Positions 35,379 through 44,275 of a stretch of 45,321 nt of DNA are shown one piece after another. The DNA comes from a virus (Duplodnaviria; Caudoviricetes). The stretch covers positions 1 through 45,321 of IMG/VR virus record IMGVR_UViG_3300025103_000041. One strand, 5' to 3'. The notes below the pieces were generated by a model. The model did no database searches, was not told the DNA's origin, and saw only the letters and a program-made list of their open reading frames with translations. Position 1 is the stretch's first letter. Each line of letters opens with the position of its first letter. Both the position numbers and the translations under genes were made by a program.

Positions 35379-36005
35379 ATGAGTAATAAAATAAAACTAA
35401 AAGACATATTGAGTGAAGCATTTGAAGATGTTAAACCAAAGATAGACAGACATCAAGTGTCTGAAAATGTAAAAAACTTTGGACACATTGGTAAATCTCT
35501 TTACAACAATAGTAATATTTCAGAAATAGCAAAACAACTATCCGATATTGCTGAATCAGCACATTCACATATCTTATCAGAAACAGACGATTGGTTTGAT
35601 AAAGTTTCAGTAAGTAAGAATATGAAATCACTTAAAGGTAGTGTTGTTGAATTTCAAAAAACTGCAAAAGAAGCACATATCTTAAATCAAAGACTAACAG
35701 GTCTTTATGAAGATATAGGTCATGTCTTAAACAGATACTACGAAATAGACGAAGCATTAGACGCTGTTGATAAAGATGAAGTTGAACCAGAAGATGACTT
35801 TGAAGATAGAGAAGATAAAGACATCGATAACGATGGTGATTCCGATGATAGTGATGAGTATTTACATAAGAAACGACAAGCTATCACAAAAGCAATGAAA
35901 TCAACAAAAGAAGCATTAGACAGACGACCAGTAAAACGATTGAAAGACATTGGTAATGTTGTGAATGGTATTCCTTCACTTGGGGATATGATTAAGAATA
36001 AATAA
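35379..36005 (+). CDS. Head-module protein with KLKDILSE leader and DxDxDGD Ca-binding-like motif
   Basis: DKDIDNDGDSDDSDEYL; GGAG RBS. Confidence 0.65.
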   Translation: MSNKIKLKDILSEAFEDVKPKIDRHQVSENVKNFGHIGKSLYNNSNISEIAKQLSDIAESAHSHILSETDDWFDKVSVSKNMKSLKGSVVEFQKTAKEAHILNQRLTGLYEDIGHVLNRYYEIDEALDAVDKDEVEPEDDFEDREDKDIDNDGDSDDSDEYLHKKRQAITKAMKSTKEALDRRPVKRLKDIGNVVNGIPSLGDMIKNK

Positions 36006-36006
36006 G

Positions 36007-36363
36007 ATGTTTAACGAAGAACTATTTTGGTTTAATTTTGGTGAAACCATCACCAACATTGTTACAGTAACGGTTATTATGACGGAAGCGGGCTTGGTTA
36101 TGTGGTTATTGTTAAAGTGGGTAAAAAAGAATTTAAACTGGTTTCCCGTCAGACACGTTGGGGGATTATCACAAGAAACAATATTTGTTGATAATCCTTC
36201 AACTGAAACAAAAAAGGTGAAAAAAGATTTAGGTCCAATTGAAGTGGACATAAAGAAACAGATTAGTATAACAGAAGCTGATGTATCAGATTTAAAATCA
36301 GATGAAGTCAAAAAGGGTAAAGTAAAAACCCAAAAAGATAAACTGAAAAGTTTGAGGAGATAA
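36007..36363 (+). CDS. Membrane-anchored protein upstream of the actin-like gene
   Basis: Hydrophobic N-terminal segment; C-terminus similar to that of the 43850 gene. Confidence 0.55.
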   Translation: MFNEELFWFNFGETITNIVTVTVIMTEAGLVMWLLLKWVKKNLNWFPVRHVGGLSQETIFVDNPSTETKKVKKDLGPIEVDIKKQISITEADVSDLKSDEVKKGKVKTQKDKLKSLRR

Positions 36364-36424
36364 AGAACAAATAAATGATAGAAGGAACTAAATATAAAAT
36401 GAAAAAGTTACAGGAGGTACAATA

Positions 36425-37459
36425 ATGGCAAAAGGACTTGACTGTGGGACATCATACTACATAACCGCAGAAGAAAATAGTATAAAAAAACAACGAAATG
36501 TCTTCTTGACAGTAGATGGTGATGCAGCACAAGTGAAAAGAATGTTGAAGCGTCAAAAAATACCATTCGTTGAAAAAGCGGGTAAAGTTCACATTGTTGG
36601 ACAACACGCATTTAACTATGCTCAAATCTTCTCAACAACAGAATTAAAAAGACCAATGCAATCTGGATTATTAAATCCAAAAGAGAAAGACGCATTACCA
36701 GTATTGAACGCAATCATCGGTGAATTATTAGGAAAAGCAAAAAAAGATGAAGTATGTGTATATTGTGTACCCGCTAAACCAATTGACCAAACAAGAGAAG
36801 TATCATATCACGAAGATGTTCTAAAACAGATTATTGAGGGATATGGATATGATACTCATGTAATAGAGGAAGGAGTGGCATTGGCATATGAATCGTTAGT
36901 TGATGATGATTTAACTGGTATTGCTATATCTGTTGGTGCTGGGATGGCAAATATTGCCGTAATGTTCGCTGGTATGTCATCACTTTCTTTTTCTGTAGCA
37001 AGAGGAGGAGATTGGATTGACCAAAATGTTGCTATGGATTGTGGATGTACTATTACGAAGGTAATATCTACCAAAGAAAATTCACAATTATTGGATTTAA
37101 GGAAATCAGCAATAAACGACATTTACCAAGAAGGTTCAGAAGAATACAATATCATAAATGCTATTAGAAGTTATTATTTAGCACTTATCAACTATTTATT
37201 TGTGAATCTAACAAATCAGTTTAATAATTTAGAAACTGTACCACAGTTTCCAAAGCCAGTTCCAATCGTATTTGGTGGTGGTAGTGTATTAGTTAAAGGA
37301 TTTTTAGAAATAGTAAAAGAACAGTTTAATCAGGATGAATTTCCTATTGAAATTAGTGAAATAAAAATAGTTGAAGATAGTCATACAAGTATTGCACGAG
37401 GATGCCTTTCGGAGGCGATGTTGATAACTGAAGATTTAGAAGAAGGAAAGAATGAGTAA
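36425..37459 (+). CDS. Actin-superfamily ATPase (ParM/MreB/FtsA-like)
   Basis: Phosphate-1 GLDCGTS, connect EEGVA, phosphate-2 ISVGAGMANI, adenosine IVFGGGS, C-terminal IARG; AGGAGG RBS. Confidence 0.8.
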   Translation: MAKGLDCGTSYYITAEENSIKKQRNVFLTVDGDAAQVKRMLKRQKIPFVEKAGKVHIVGQHAFNYAQIFSTTELKRPMQSGLLNPKEKDALPVLNAIIGELLGKAKKDEVCVYCVPAKPIDQTREVSYHEDVLKQIIEGYGYDTHVIEEGVALAYESLVDDDLTGIAISVGAGMANIAVMFAGMSSLSFSVARGGDWIDQNVAMDCGCTITKVISTKENSQLLDLRKSAINDIYQEGSEEYNIINAIRSYYLALINYLFVNLTNQFNNLETVPQFPKPVPIVFGGGSVLVKGFLEIVKEQFNQDEFPIEISEIKIVEDSHTSIARGCLSEAMLITEDLEEGKNE

Positions 37460-37694
37460 AATGCCCAAACCAAAGAAATTAAAAGATGTAAAAATGGGTG
37501 AAACATTTTTCTTTGGTGGTAATGCATATAAATTGATTAAATTGAAACCCAATGTAACACCAGATGCAGCTGAAGTATTGTTATCAAATGGTAGGAAAAG
37601 TGTTGTTTCGTTTGGAGGCGGTATAGTAAATCTTAAAAAAGATAAAAGCGGTTTTTCTGATTACTTAAAACAAGGCGGAAGGGAATGGGATTAA
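37452..37694 (+). CDS. Small basic hypothetical protein
   Basis: Overlaps the upstream stop; typical codon usage. Confidence 0.55.
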   Translation: MSKMPKPKKLKDVKMGETFFFGGNAYKLIKLKPNVTPDAAEVLLSNGRKSVVSFGGGIVNLKKDKSGFSDYLKQGGREWD

Positions 37695-37695
37695 T

Positions 37696-37941
37696 ATGAA
37701 ACTAACAAAGAATAGATTAAAAGAAATCATACGAGAAGAAATCAAAAACCTAAACGAAGGTAGTGGTAGATTATCATCAGACCAATTTGATGTCTTACAA
37801 GGTATTGTGGAGAAGAACAAAAAGAAAAAACCACAAGTTATTCTTAAACTCGTAATGAAAGATAGAATGTTTAAAGGTGTTGATAAAAAAGAACTACTTG
37901 GTGCAATTCAGGGTGCAATTGATTTGGCTAAATATTTTTAA
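37696..37941 (+). CDS. Leader-tagged small protein (MKLTKNRLKEIIREEIKNLNE)
   Basis: First 29 nt identical to the 37956 gene; body paralogous to the 34406 gene. Confidence 0.75.
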   Translation: MKLTKNRLKEIIREEIKNLNEGSGRLSSDQFDVLQGIVEKNKKKKPQVILKLVMKDRMFKGVDKKELLGAIQGAIDLAKYF

Positions 37942-37955
37942 TCGGAGAAATACCA

Positions 37956-38198
37956 ATGAAACTAACAAAGAATAGATTAAAAGAGATTATTAAGGAAGAG
38001 CTTTTAAATGAATTACACTATACTCCAGAAGATAAAGTTGGTTTTGTCTTGGCAGATTTATTTAATGAGTTAGAAGATAATGTAAAGAAATTAAATAAAG
38101 ATAAAGCCGCGAAGTGGGGTAAAAAATATCATAAGAGTGCTAGAAAATTAATAGAAATACTTACACTTCTTAATAAGAACATAAAAAGGATTAGATAA
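37956..38198 (+). CDS. Leader-tagged small protein (MKLTKNRLKEIIKEELLNE)
   Basis: GGAG RBS; shared leader. Confidence 0.75.
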   Translation: MKLTKNRLKEIIKEELLNELHYTPEDKVGFVLADLFNELEDNVKKLNKDKAAKWGKKYHKSARKLIEILTLLNKNIKRIR

Positions 38199-38929
38199 TG
38201 AAGAGAACGACAGTTAAAGAAATCAAAAAGTGGTTCAAAACTCTTGAAGAGAACAGATATAAGAAAACTTATAATTCTGATGCTCGTAGAGTTGCGTGGA
38301 TGGTAAACAATGAAGGTGTTGATTTATCTGAAATGCCCGAATCAATGAGAAAGAAATGGGTTAAAGCCGAATACAAAAAAGAACGATATATGGCAAAGAA
38401 ATTTTTGGAATCAATGAAACAGAATGAGAGTGTCAGATTAGATGAAGCAGAAATTTGGTTTAATCCAAAAGAATTTGAACCTTTTCTCAAAAAGATAGGT
38501 CTTGACTTTCCAAAATACCCAAAACAAGGCGATGTATTATATAAGGGTAAAACGGTTGGATATATGTCAAACTTTAATGGGTTTATGGTTTATAGTAAAT
38601 CATTACTTAAACAACTACAAAAAGTTGAAAAAAAATATAAACTTGGTATTTGGAATCCAACTTCTGGTTTAACAATGGAAAATAAAATAAGACAAGTCAT
38701 CAGAGAAACAATCAAAGATTTGATGGAAGCAAAACGAACTCAACTTCAAATACCTATTATTGATAAATTAAAAGTTGATAAGATATTAAAAAAACTTAAA
38801 TTAAAAATGGGAAAAGATTACGATTATGGTGTAGGTAAAGGTAGTACATTTATATTAGATGTAGAAGGTAAACATCTAGATAAAGTAATTGGGATGTTTA
38901 TGAAAAATAGAATACAAGTAAGAGGTTAA
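38198..38929 (+). CDS. Modular hypothetical protein with internal leader-like MENKIRQVIRETIKDLME
   Basis: TAATG coupling. Confidence 0.65.
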   Translation: MKRTTVKEIKKWFKTLEENRYKKTYNSDARRVAWMVNNEGVDLSEMPESMRKKWVKAEYKKERYMAKKFLESMKQNESVRLDEAEIWFNPKEFEPFLKKIGLDFPKYPKQGDVLYKGKTVGYMSNFNGFMVYSKSLLKQLQKVEKKYKLGIWNPTSGLTMENKIRQVIRETIKDLMEAKRTQLQIPIIDKLKVDKILKKLKLKMGKDYDYGVGKGSTFILDVEGKHLDKVIGMFMKNRIQVRG

Positions 38930-38930
38930 T

Positions 38931-39161
38931 ATGACAAGAAAACAAAAACCATTAACTGGTTTAAAGATAGATGTGAAAAACAACAATGTCGAATGGGCAT
39001 TAAAGAAATTTAAAAGAATGGTAAAAGATAGTGAGTTGATGGTAGAATTAAAAAATAGGTCATACTATGAAAAACCATCAAGAATTAAACGAGAAAAGAA
39101 GAATTTACAGAAATCTCGTCATAAATATCAACAAAATAAAGAAAATAATAGAGATTATTAA
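38931..39161 (+). CDS. rpsU: Phage-encoded ribosomal protein bS21
   Basis: IDVKNNNVEWALKKFKRMV....ELKNRSYYEKPS signature. Confidence 0.88.
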   Translation: MTRKQKPLTGLKIDVKNNNVEWALKKFKRMVKDSELMVELKNRSYYEKPSRIKREKKNLQKSRHKYQQNKENNRDY

Positions 39162-39190
39162 GATTTATTAACGGTTTTCTTTAATAAATC

Positions 39191-39200
39191 ATATTTATAT
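39191..39200 (+). promoter_or_regulatory. Putative late promoter box ATATTTATAT
   Basis: Exact intergenic copy before the scaffold/capsid operon. Confidence 0.7.
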
Positions 39201-39214
39201 ACACAAACTTAAAT

Positions 39215-39290
39215 ACACGGTCCAATGGTCGGACTTTATACCGTGTCTAAACAAACCGAAAAATTTATTATAGTTCTTATAATAACTATA
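39215..39290 (+). promoter_or_regulatory. Structured 5' leader (two hairpins) of the scaffold-capsid operon
   Basis: ACACGG(39215-20)/CCGTGT(39241-46) with inner TCC/GGA; TATAGTT(39269-75)/AACTATA(39284-90). Confidence 0.5.
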
Positions 39291-39322
39291 TTACAAACAT
39301 ATATAATGTGAGGAGAAATATC

Positions 39323-40333
39323 ATGGGTGATATTTTAAAAGAAGCCATCGCAGACGCTAAAGCAGTTCGAGAAACAGCATTGGCAAACGCAAAGATGGCG
39401 TTAGAAGAAGCATTCACACCTCAGTTGAAATCTATGTTATCTGCTAAACTTCGTGAAGAAGATGATGAGTATGGTGACGAAGAAGCTGCTGAAGATGAAG
39501 TCGGTGATGAAGAAGAAGCTGAAGCTGCATTTGAAGAAGATGAAGATTTCGGAGGCGAAGAAGAAGCTGATGAAGAAGAATCTTTTGAAGATGAAGAAGA
39601 AGTTGCTGAAACTATTGAAGTGAATGGTCAAACATACGCTTTAGTTGCTGAAGATGAAGGTGAAGAAGGTGAAGAAGATGTGGACTTTGGTGATGACGAA
39701 GAAGTTGAGGAAGAACTTGACTTAGAAGCTATCATTAAAGAACTCGAAAACGAACTTTCCGAAGATGAATCATCAGACGAAGAATCAGTAGAAGAATCAG
39801 ACGAATCAGATGACGCTGAATCAGTAGATGAAACAGACGATGTTGAAGGTGAAGAAGTTAATGAAGATGAAGAATTTGAAATTGACGAATCTTTGTTTGA
39901 AGAAGGTGACGATGAAGAAGATGAAGAAGAAGTTGAAGAATCAACTGACGTTTCATCTGTTCAAGCTGAACTTGACGAATACAAAGAAGCAGTTGTTTTC
40001 TTAAAAGATAAACTTCACGAAGTTAATATCTTGAATGCAAAACTTCTATTTACAAATAAGTTGTTCAAAGAATTTTCTTTGGATAATGGTCAAAAACTAA
40101 AGGTAGTTGAAACATTTGACAGAGCACAAACTACAAGAGAGATTAAACTTGTTTATTCTACACTTGCAGAACAGTTCGGTGATAATGGTTCAATTACAAG
40201 AAAACATAACATTAAAGAATCAGCCAGTTCAGCTGTTAGTTCAACAAAACCTTCTAAAGAGTCACAAAAAGTGATTACTGAAGAAAGTCAAGTTGCTAAC
40301 AGATTTAAGAAACTTGCTGGTATAATTAAGTAA
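39323..40333 (+). CDS. Prohead scaffold/core protein (gp22-like position)
   Basis: Very acidic, coiled-coil ends, directly upstream of the capsid gene; AGGAG RBS favours ATG 39323. Confidence 0.75.
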   Translation: MGDILKEAIADAKAVRETALANAKMALEEAFTPQLKSMLSAKLREEDDEYGDEEAAEDEVGDEEEAEAAFEEDEDFGGEEEADEEESFEDEEEVAETIEVNGQTYALVAEDEGEEGEEDVDFGDDEEVEEELDLEAIIKELENELSEDESSDEESVEESDESDDAESVDETDDVEGEEVNEDEEFEIDESLFEEGDDEEDEEEVEESTDVSSVQAELDEYKEAVVFLKDKLHEVNILNAKLLFTNKLFKEFSLDNGQKLKVVETFDRAQTTREIKLVYSTLAEQFGDNGSITRKHNIKESASSAVSSTKPSKESQKVITEESQVANRFKKLAGIIK

Positions 40334-40349
40334 TTAGGAGAAAATAATC

Positions 40350-42029
40350 ATGAGTGATTATATTAATGATGCCCTTTTAGGGGCTAGTCCTTATAAAAAA
40401 CAAGCTGAAGAATCTAAAGCTCTTGTCTCAAAATGGGATAAAACAGGTTTGTTAGATGGTTTGAATGAGGATTTTCAAAAAAGTGGAATGGCTACGATGT
40501 TGGAAAACCAAGCTCGTCAGCTTATTTCAGAAAATAGTTCAACTGGTGGTGGTTCAGGTGGTTCTAACACCGCAGTTGCTGGTTCAGAAGAATGGTCCGG
40601 TGTCGCTTTACCATTGGTAAGACGAATATTTGGTGAATTAGCAGCACAAGAATTTGTGTCTGTTCAACCAATGAACTTACCATCTGGTCTTGTATTTTAT
40701 CTTGACTTTAAATATGGTAAAACAACTGCGGGTACAGAAGGTGAAGGTTTTGGTACAGATACTGCAGGATATGCTGATGTACCTGGGGGTAGTGTAAATT
40801 CACTCGCTGGTAAATCTGGTCCTAACTCTCCATCTGGTTCATCTGCTCCTTACGGTGTTGGTGGTTTATATGGTGAAGGTCGGTATAACTATTCAATTAA
40901 TACTGCAGTATCATCTGATCTAGGCCCGACATTTACAACAGCATCTTATAAAGATGTTAACTTCAATCAAGAGTTTTCAGCTTCTATTAATAATATATGG
41001 AAAGCTTCATTTACAATTCCAACTGATGCTGATAAATTAGCTATTAGGTCTTTTAATGTATCTTGTTCAGCCGCAGCTGCTTCGTGGGATTTATTACCAC
41101 AGTTTGGTACTTGTACTAGTGCTGGTGCCGCTGTTCTGATATTCTCTGGTTCCGCAGCTGATAAAGAAACAATGAATGGAGCTGAATTTAAACTTGTTTA
41201 TAATGTAGCACCAACTGAATCTGCTAGAGGCGACTTTGAAGATACTGGTGGTGATGCTACTGCTGATTCACTAGCAATTCCTGAAGTTGACTTACAATTA
41301 AGAAGTCAAGCAATTGTTGCTAAGACTCGTAAGTTGAAAGCTGTATGGACACCTGAATTAGCTCAAGACTTGAACGCTTATCATAGTGTTGATGCTGAAG
41401 CTGAATTAACATCAATGTTATCTGAATACATTTCATTAGAAATTGATTTAGAAATTCTTGATATGTTGATTGCAGACGCAGTAACACAAGACTATTGGTC
41501 AGTTACTCCAGGTGAAGACTATAATGGTACTGGTACTGACGAAGCTGCTTGGGTATCTACAACATTCTACGGAACACGATTTGAATGGTGGCAAACACTT
41601 GTTTCAAAGATACAAAAAGTATCTAATGAAATTCATAAATTAACTATGAGAGGTGGTGCTAACTTTGTAGTTGTATCTCCTAAAGTGGCTACTATCCTTG
41701 AATCAATTCCTGGATATGGTGTAGCAACAGATGGTGATAAACAATCATTTGCTGCTGGTGTTCAAGCAATCGGTTCACTACAAAATAGATGGACAGTATA
41801 TAAGAATCCTTATATGTCTGAAAATCAAATCTTGGTTGGTTTTAGAGGAAATAATTTCTTGGAAACAGGTGCTGTATATGCTCCATATGTTCCATTGATT
41901 ATGACACCTCTTGTATATGACCCATCTGACTTTACACCTCGTAAAGGCGTGATGACCAGATATGCTAAGAAGATGATTCGTCCGGAATTTTATGGTAAAA
42001 TCGCAATCAAGGATTTAAACTTGGTGTAA
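40350..42029 (+). CDS. Major capsid protein (T4 gp23-like)
   Basis: LPLVRRIF, VQPMNLPSGLVFYL, AKTRKLKAVWTPELAQDLNAYH..DAEAEL, YAPYVPL, PRKGVMTRY. Confidence 0.96.
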   Translation: MSDYINDALLGASPYKKQAEESKALVSKWDKTGLLDGLNEDFQKSGMATMLENQARQLISENSSTGGGSGGSNTAVAGSEEWSGVALPLVRRIFGELAAQEFVSVQPMNLPSGLVFYLDFKYGKTTAGTEGEGFGTDTAGYADVPGGSVNSLAGKSGPNSPSGSSAPYGVGGLYGEGRYNYSINTAVSSDLGPTFTTASYKDVNFNQEFSASINNIWKASFTIPTDADKLAIRSFNVSCSAAAASWDLLPQFGTCTSAGAAVLIFSGSAADKETMNGAEFKLVYNVAPTESARGDFEDTGGDATADSLAIPEVDLQLRSQAIVAKTRKLKAVWTPELAQDLNAYHSVDAEAELTSMLSEYISLEIDLEILDMLIADAVTQDYWSVTPGEDYNGTGTDEAAWVSTTFYGTRFEWWQTLVSKIQKVSNEIHKLTMRGGANFVVVSPKVATILESIPGYGVATDGDKQSFAAGVQAIGSLQNRWTVYKNPYMSENQILVGFRGNNFLETGAVYAPYVPLIMTPLVYDPSDFTPRKGVMTRYAKKMIRPEFYGKIAIKDLNLV

Positions 42030-42055
42030 TTTAACATAAAATAAAAGTTAAAACA

Positions 42056-42092
42056 AAAAACCCTGTCTTAATTGATGGGGTTTTTGTTTTTT
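42056..42092 (+). terminator. Rho-independent terminator after the capsid gene
   Basis: AAAAACCCTGTC-TTAATT-GATGGGGTTTTT stem-loop followed by a T-tract. Confidence 0.8.
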
Positions 42093-42096
42093 GTTG

Positions 42097-42106
42097 ATAT
42101 TTATAT
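42097..42106 (+). promoter_or_regulatory. Putative late promoter box ATATTTATAT
   Basis: Exact copy directly after the terminator, before the neck operon. Confidence 0.7.
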
Positions 42107-42140
42107 GTGAGTAGAAATACCTAATAATGGAGAAATTTTA

Positions 42141-43340
42141 ATGTCAAAATTCGCTTATTTATATGCAGACCCAACATCAGCATCACAAGTAACAAGTTCA
42201 ACACCATATGGACTTTATGACGCTGATATAGCGTTTCAAAGTGAAAGTTTGAGTATATGTAAATTCGTAGCTCGTAGACTTGGACATCCTGTCATGCAAC
42301 TTGAATTTGATTCAGGTTCTATATACGCTATGTTTGAAGAAGCGGTATCAGAATATTCACAATATATAAACAATTATAATATAAAGAATTGGATGTGGAA
42401 CTCTTATGGTTCTGACAACAAAATAAGTGGTTCGGGTTGGAGTAATGATTCAAATTCAATGATGGGAACTGGTAGTATAGGTGTACAACATGGAAATATG
42501 GGAACGGCGGTATTCTTATCAGAACAATATGGTGAAGCTGTTAATGTTGGTGGTAGTGTTGAAATGTATAGTGGTTCAATTACTCTTACAAGTAGTAAAC
42601 AAGAATATGATTTAGAGAATGATTCATCACTTGAAAAATCAGGTGATAGACTTGAAATCCAACGAATGTTTAATTATGGTCCATCAGCAACACTTAAATT
42701 TTATGACCCATACGCTGGTTCATTTGACCAACAACAGATGTTGGATGGTATGGGTATGGGGGGAACTTCACCGGCCATTTCATTCATAATGAGACCGATT
42801 TCACATGATATAACAAGAATGCAGACTATTGAAACAAGTGATAAAGTTAGAAAATCTAATTATTCATTTGAATTGGTAAACAATAAAGTAAGAATATTTC
42901 CAAGACCAAAAGATGCAGATGCTGGAGATAAAGTATGGTTTGAATATCAAATTAGAAGTGAAGTCAAATCTACTACACGAACACATACAACGAATAAAGT
43001 AACAGACCCAAGTAATGTTCCATATAAATCTATAACATATAATGAGATAAACTCATCTGGTCGTCAATGGATAAGAAAGATGACATTAGCGTTATCAAAA
43101 GAATTACTCGGTATCATCAGAAGTAAATATGCTTCAATGCCACTTCCAAATGGTGAGGTAACAATGGATGGTGAATCATTGAAATCTGAAGGTAGAGAAG
43201 AAAAGACGAATCTATTAGAAGAACTAAAAGAATTTTTAGAATCAATGTCATTAACAGAAAAATCAAAAGCAGAAGCCGAAGAAGCAGAAGCTAATCAACA
43301 AGTGTTGAACAAAGCACCACTTGAAATATACATCGGTTAG
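42141..43340 (+). CDS. Neck protein (T4 gp13-like)
   Basis: RRLGHPVMQLE, WIRKMTLALSKELLGIIRSKY..PNGEVTMDG..EGREEK, PLEIYIG. Confidence 0.8.
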   Translation: MSKFAYLYADPTSASQVTSSTPYGLYDADIAFQSESLSICKFVARRLGHPVMQLEFDSGSIYAMFEEAVSEYSQYINNYNIKNWMWNSYGSDNKISGSGWSNDSNSMMGTGSIGVQHGNMGTAVFLSEQYGEAVNVGGSVEMYSGSITLTSSKQEYDLENDSSLEKSGDRLEIQRMFNYGPSATLKFYDPYAGSFDQQQMLDGMGMGGTSPAISFIMRPISHDITRMQTIETSDKVRKSNYSFELVNNKVRIFPRPKDADAGDKVWFEYQIRSEVKSTTRTHTTNKVTDPSNVPYKSITYNEINSSGRQWIRKMTLALSKELLGIIRSKYASMPLPNGEVTMDGESLKSEGREEKTNLLEELKEFLESMSLTEKSKAEAEEAEANQQVLNKAPLEIYIG

Positions 43341-43349
43341 GAGATATAG

Positions 43350-43850
43350 ATGTCAAGTAGAAGTTCAAATGGAACAAGTACAAATCAAGAAACGAAGCCG
43401 TTTTTCGTTCCCCAAAAAGAAGTAAATTTGTTTGATGTATTTAACGAAGAACTCATAGATGAAATAATTGGACAGACAGTAGATATATACAAAGTATCTA
43501 TTGAAAATACAGAAGAAAATATGTATGGTGAATCTACAACAAAGTATTATGATGATGGATTTAGAGTAAATTGTCTTATTAACTATATTGAACCAGAAAC
43601 AGAATTTAACGATTTCGGTTCAGATGTAAATACAGCTATAGAATTATACTTCCACAGAACAACACTATCAGAAGCAGGTTTCTTTCCAGAAATTGGTGAT
43701 ATTGTTGATTGGAATGGTATTTATTTTGAAATGAACTCTGTAACAGAACCTCAATTAGTAGCGGGTCATCAGAACTTTAAACATAGTATAATTGTTAAAG
43801 CACATAGAAGCAGATTGTCGGGATTACAAATAGAAGAACGGAGCAAATAA
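43350..43850 (+). CDS. Neck/head-closure protein (gp14-like)
   Basis: Position after the gp13-like gene; NMYGES, FPEIGDIVDWNGIYFE. Confidence 0.65.
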   Translation: MSSRSSNGTSTNQETKPFFVPQKEVNLFDVFNEELIDEIIGQTVDIYKVSIENTEENMYGESTTKYYDDGFRVNCLINYIEPETEFNDFGSDVNTAIELYFHRTTLSEAGFFPEIGDIVDWNGIYFEMNSVTEPQLVAGHQNFKHSIIVKAHRSRLSGLQIEERSK

Positions 43851-44275
43851 TGGCAGTCCAACGAATAACAGGTAAAAGAATAACAAAGATTAATACTCAC
43901 GACCCAAACTATAAACCAATAGAAGAAGATGTACAAGTAGAACTTAGTGGTAATATTAAAGAAACACCTGAAGATGATATTTATGGTGATGGTATTTATT
44001 ATTCCAAAGAAGAACAAAATGGTAACTTAAAATTAGAAGAAATGATGTCTAAGATGTTAGGTAAGATTGATAAGTTCGGTAATAGAATTGATGATAGTGG
44101 TTCTCAAACTGGAACAGAAGCTATTGAGGTAGATATACAACGTGAGATAGCAATAAGTAAAGTTGATATGAACGCTGTTAAATCGGAAGTAACGATAGGT
44201 AAAGTATTGACTAAAAAGGATAAATTAAAAGCATTGAGAATACGAGAACGCAGACGAAACGGAGATAAAGTATAA
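43850..44275 (+). CDS. Hypothetical protein
   Basis: TAATG coupling; C-terminus similar to that of the 36007 gene. Confidence 0.6.
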   Translation: MAVQRITGKRITKINTHDPNYKPIEEDVQVELSGNIKETPEDDIYGDGIYYSKEEQNGNLKLEEMMSKMLGKIDKFGNRIDDSGSQTGTEAIEVDIQREIAISKVDMNAVKSEVTIGKVLTKKDKLKALRIRERRRNGDKV

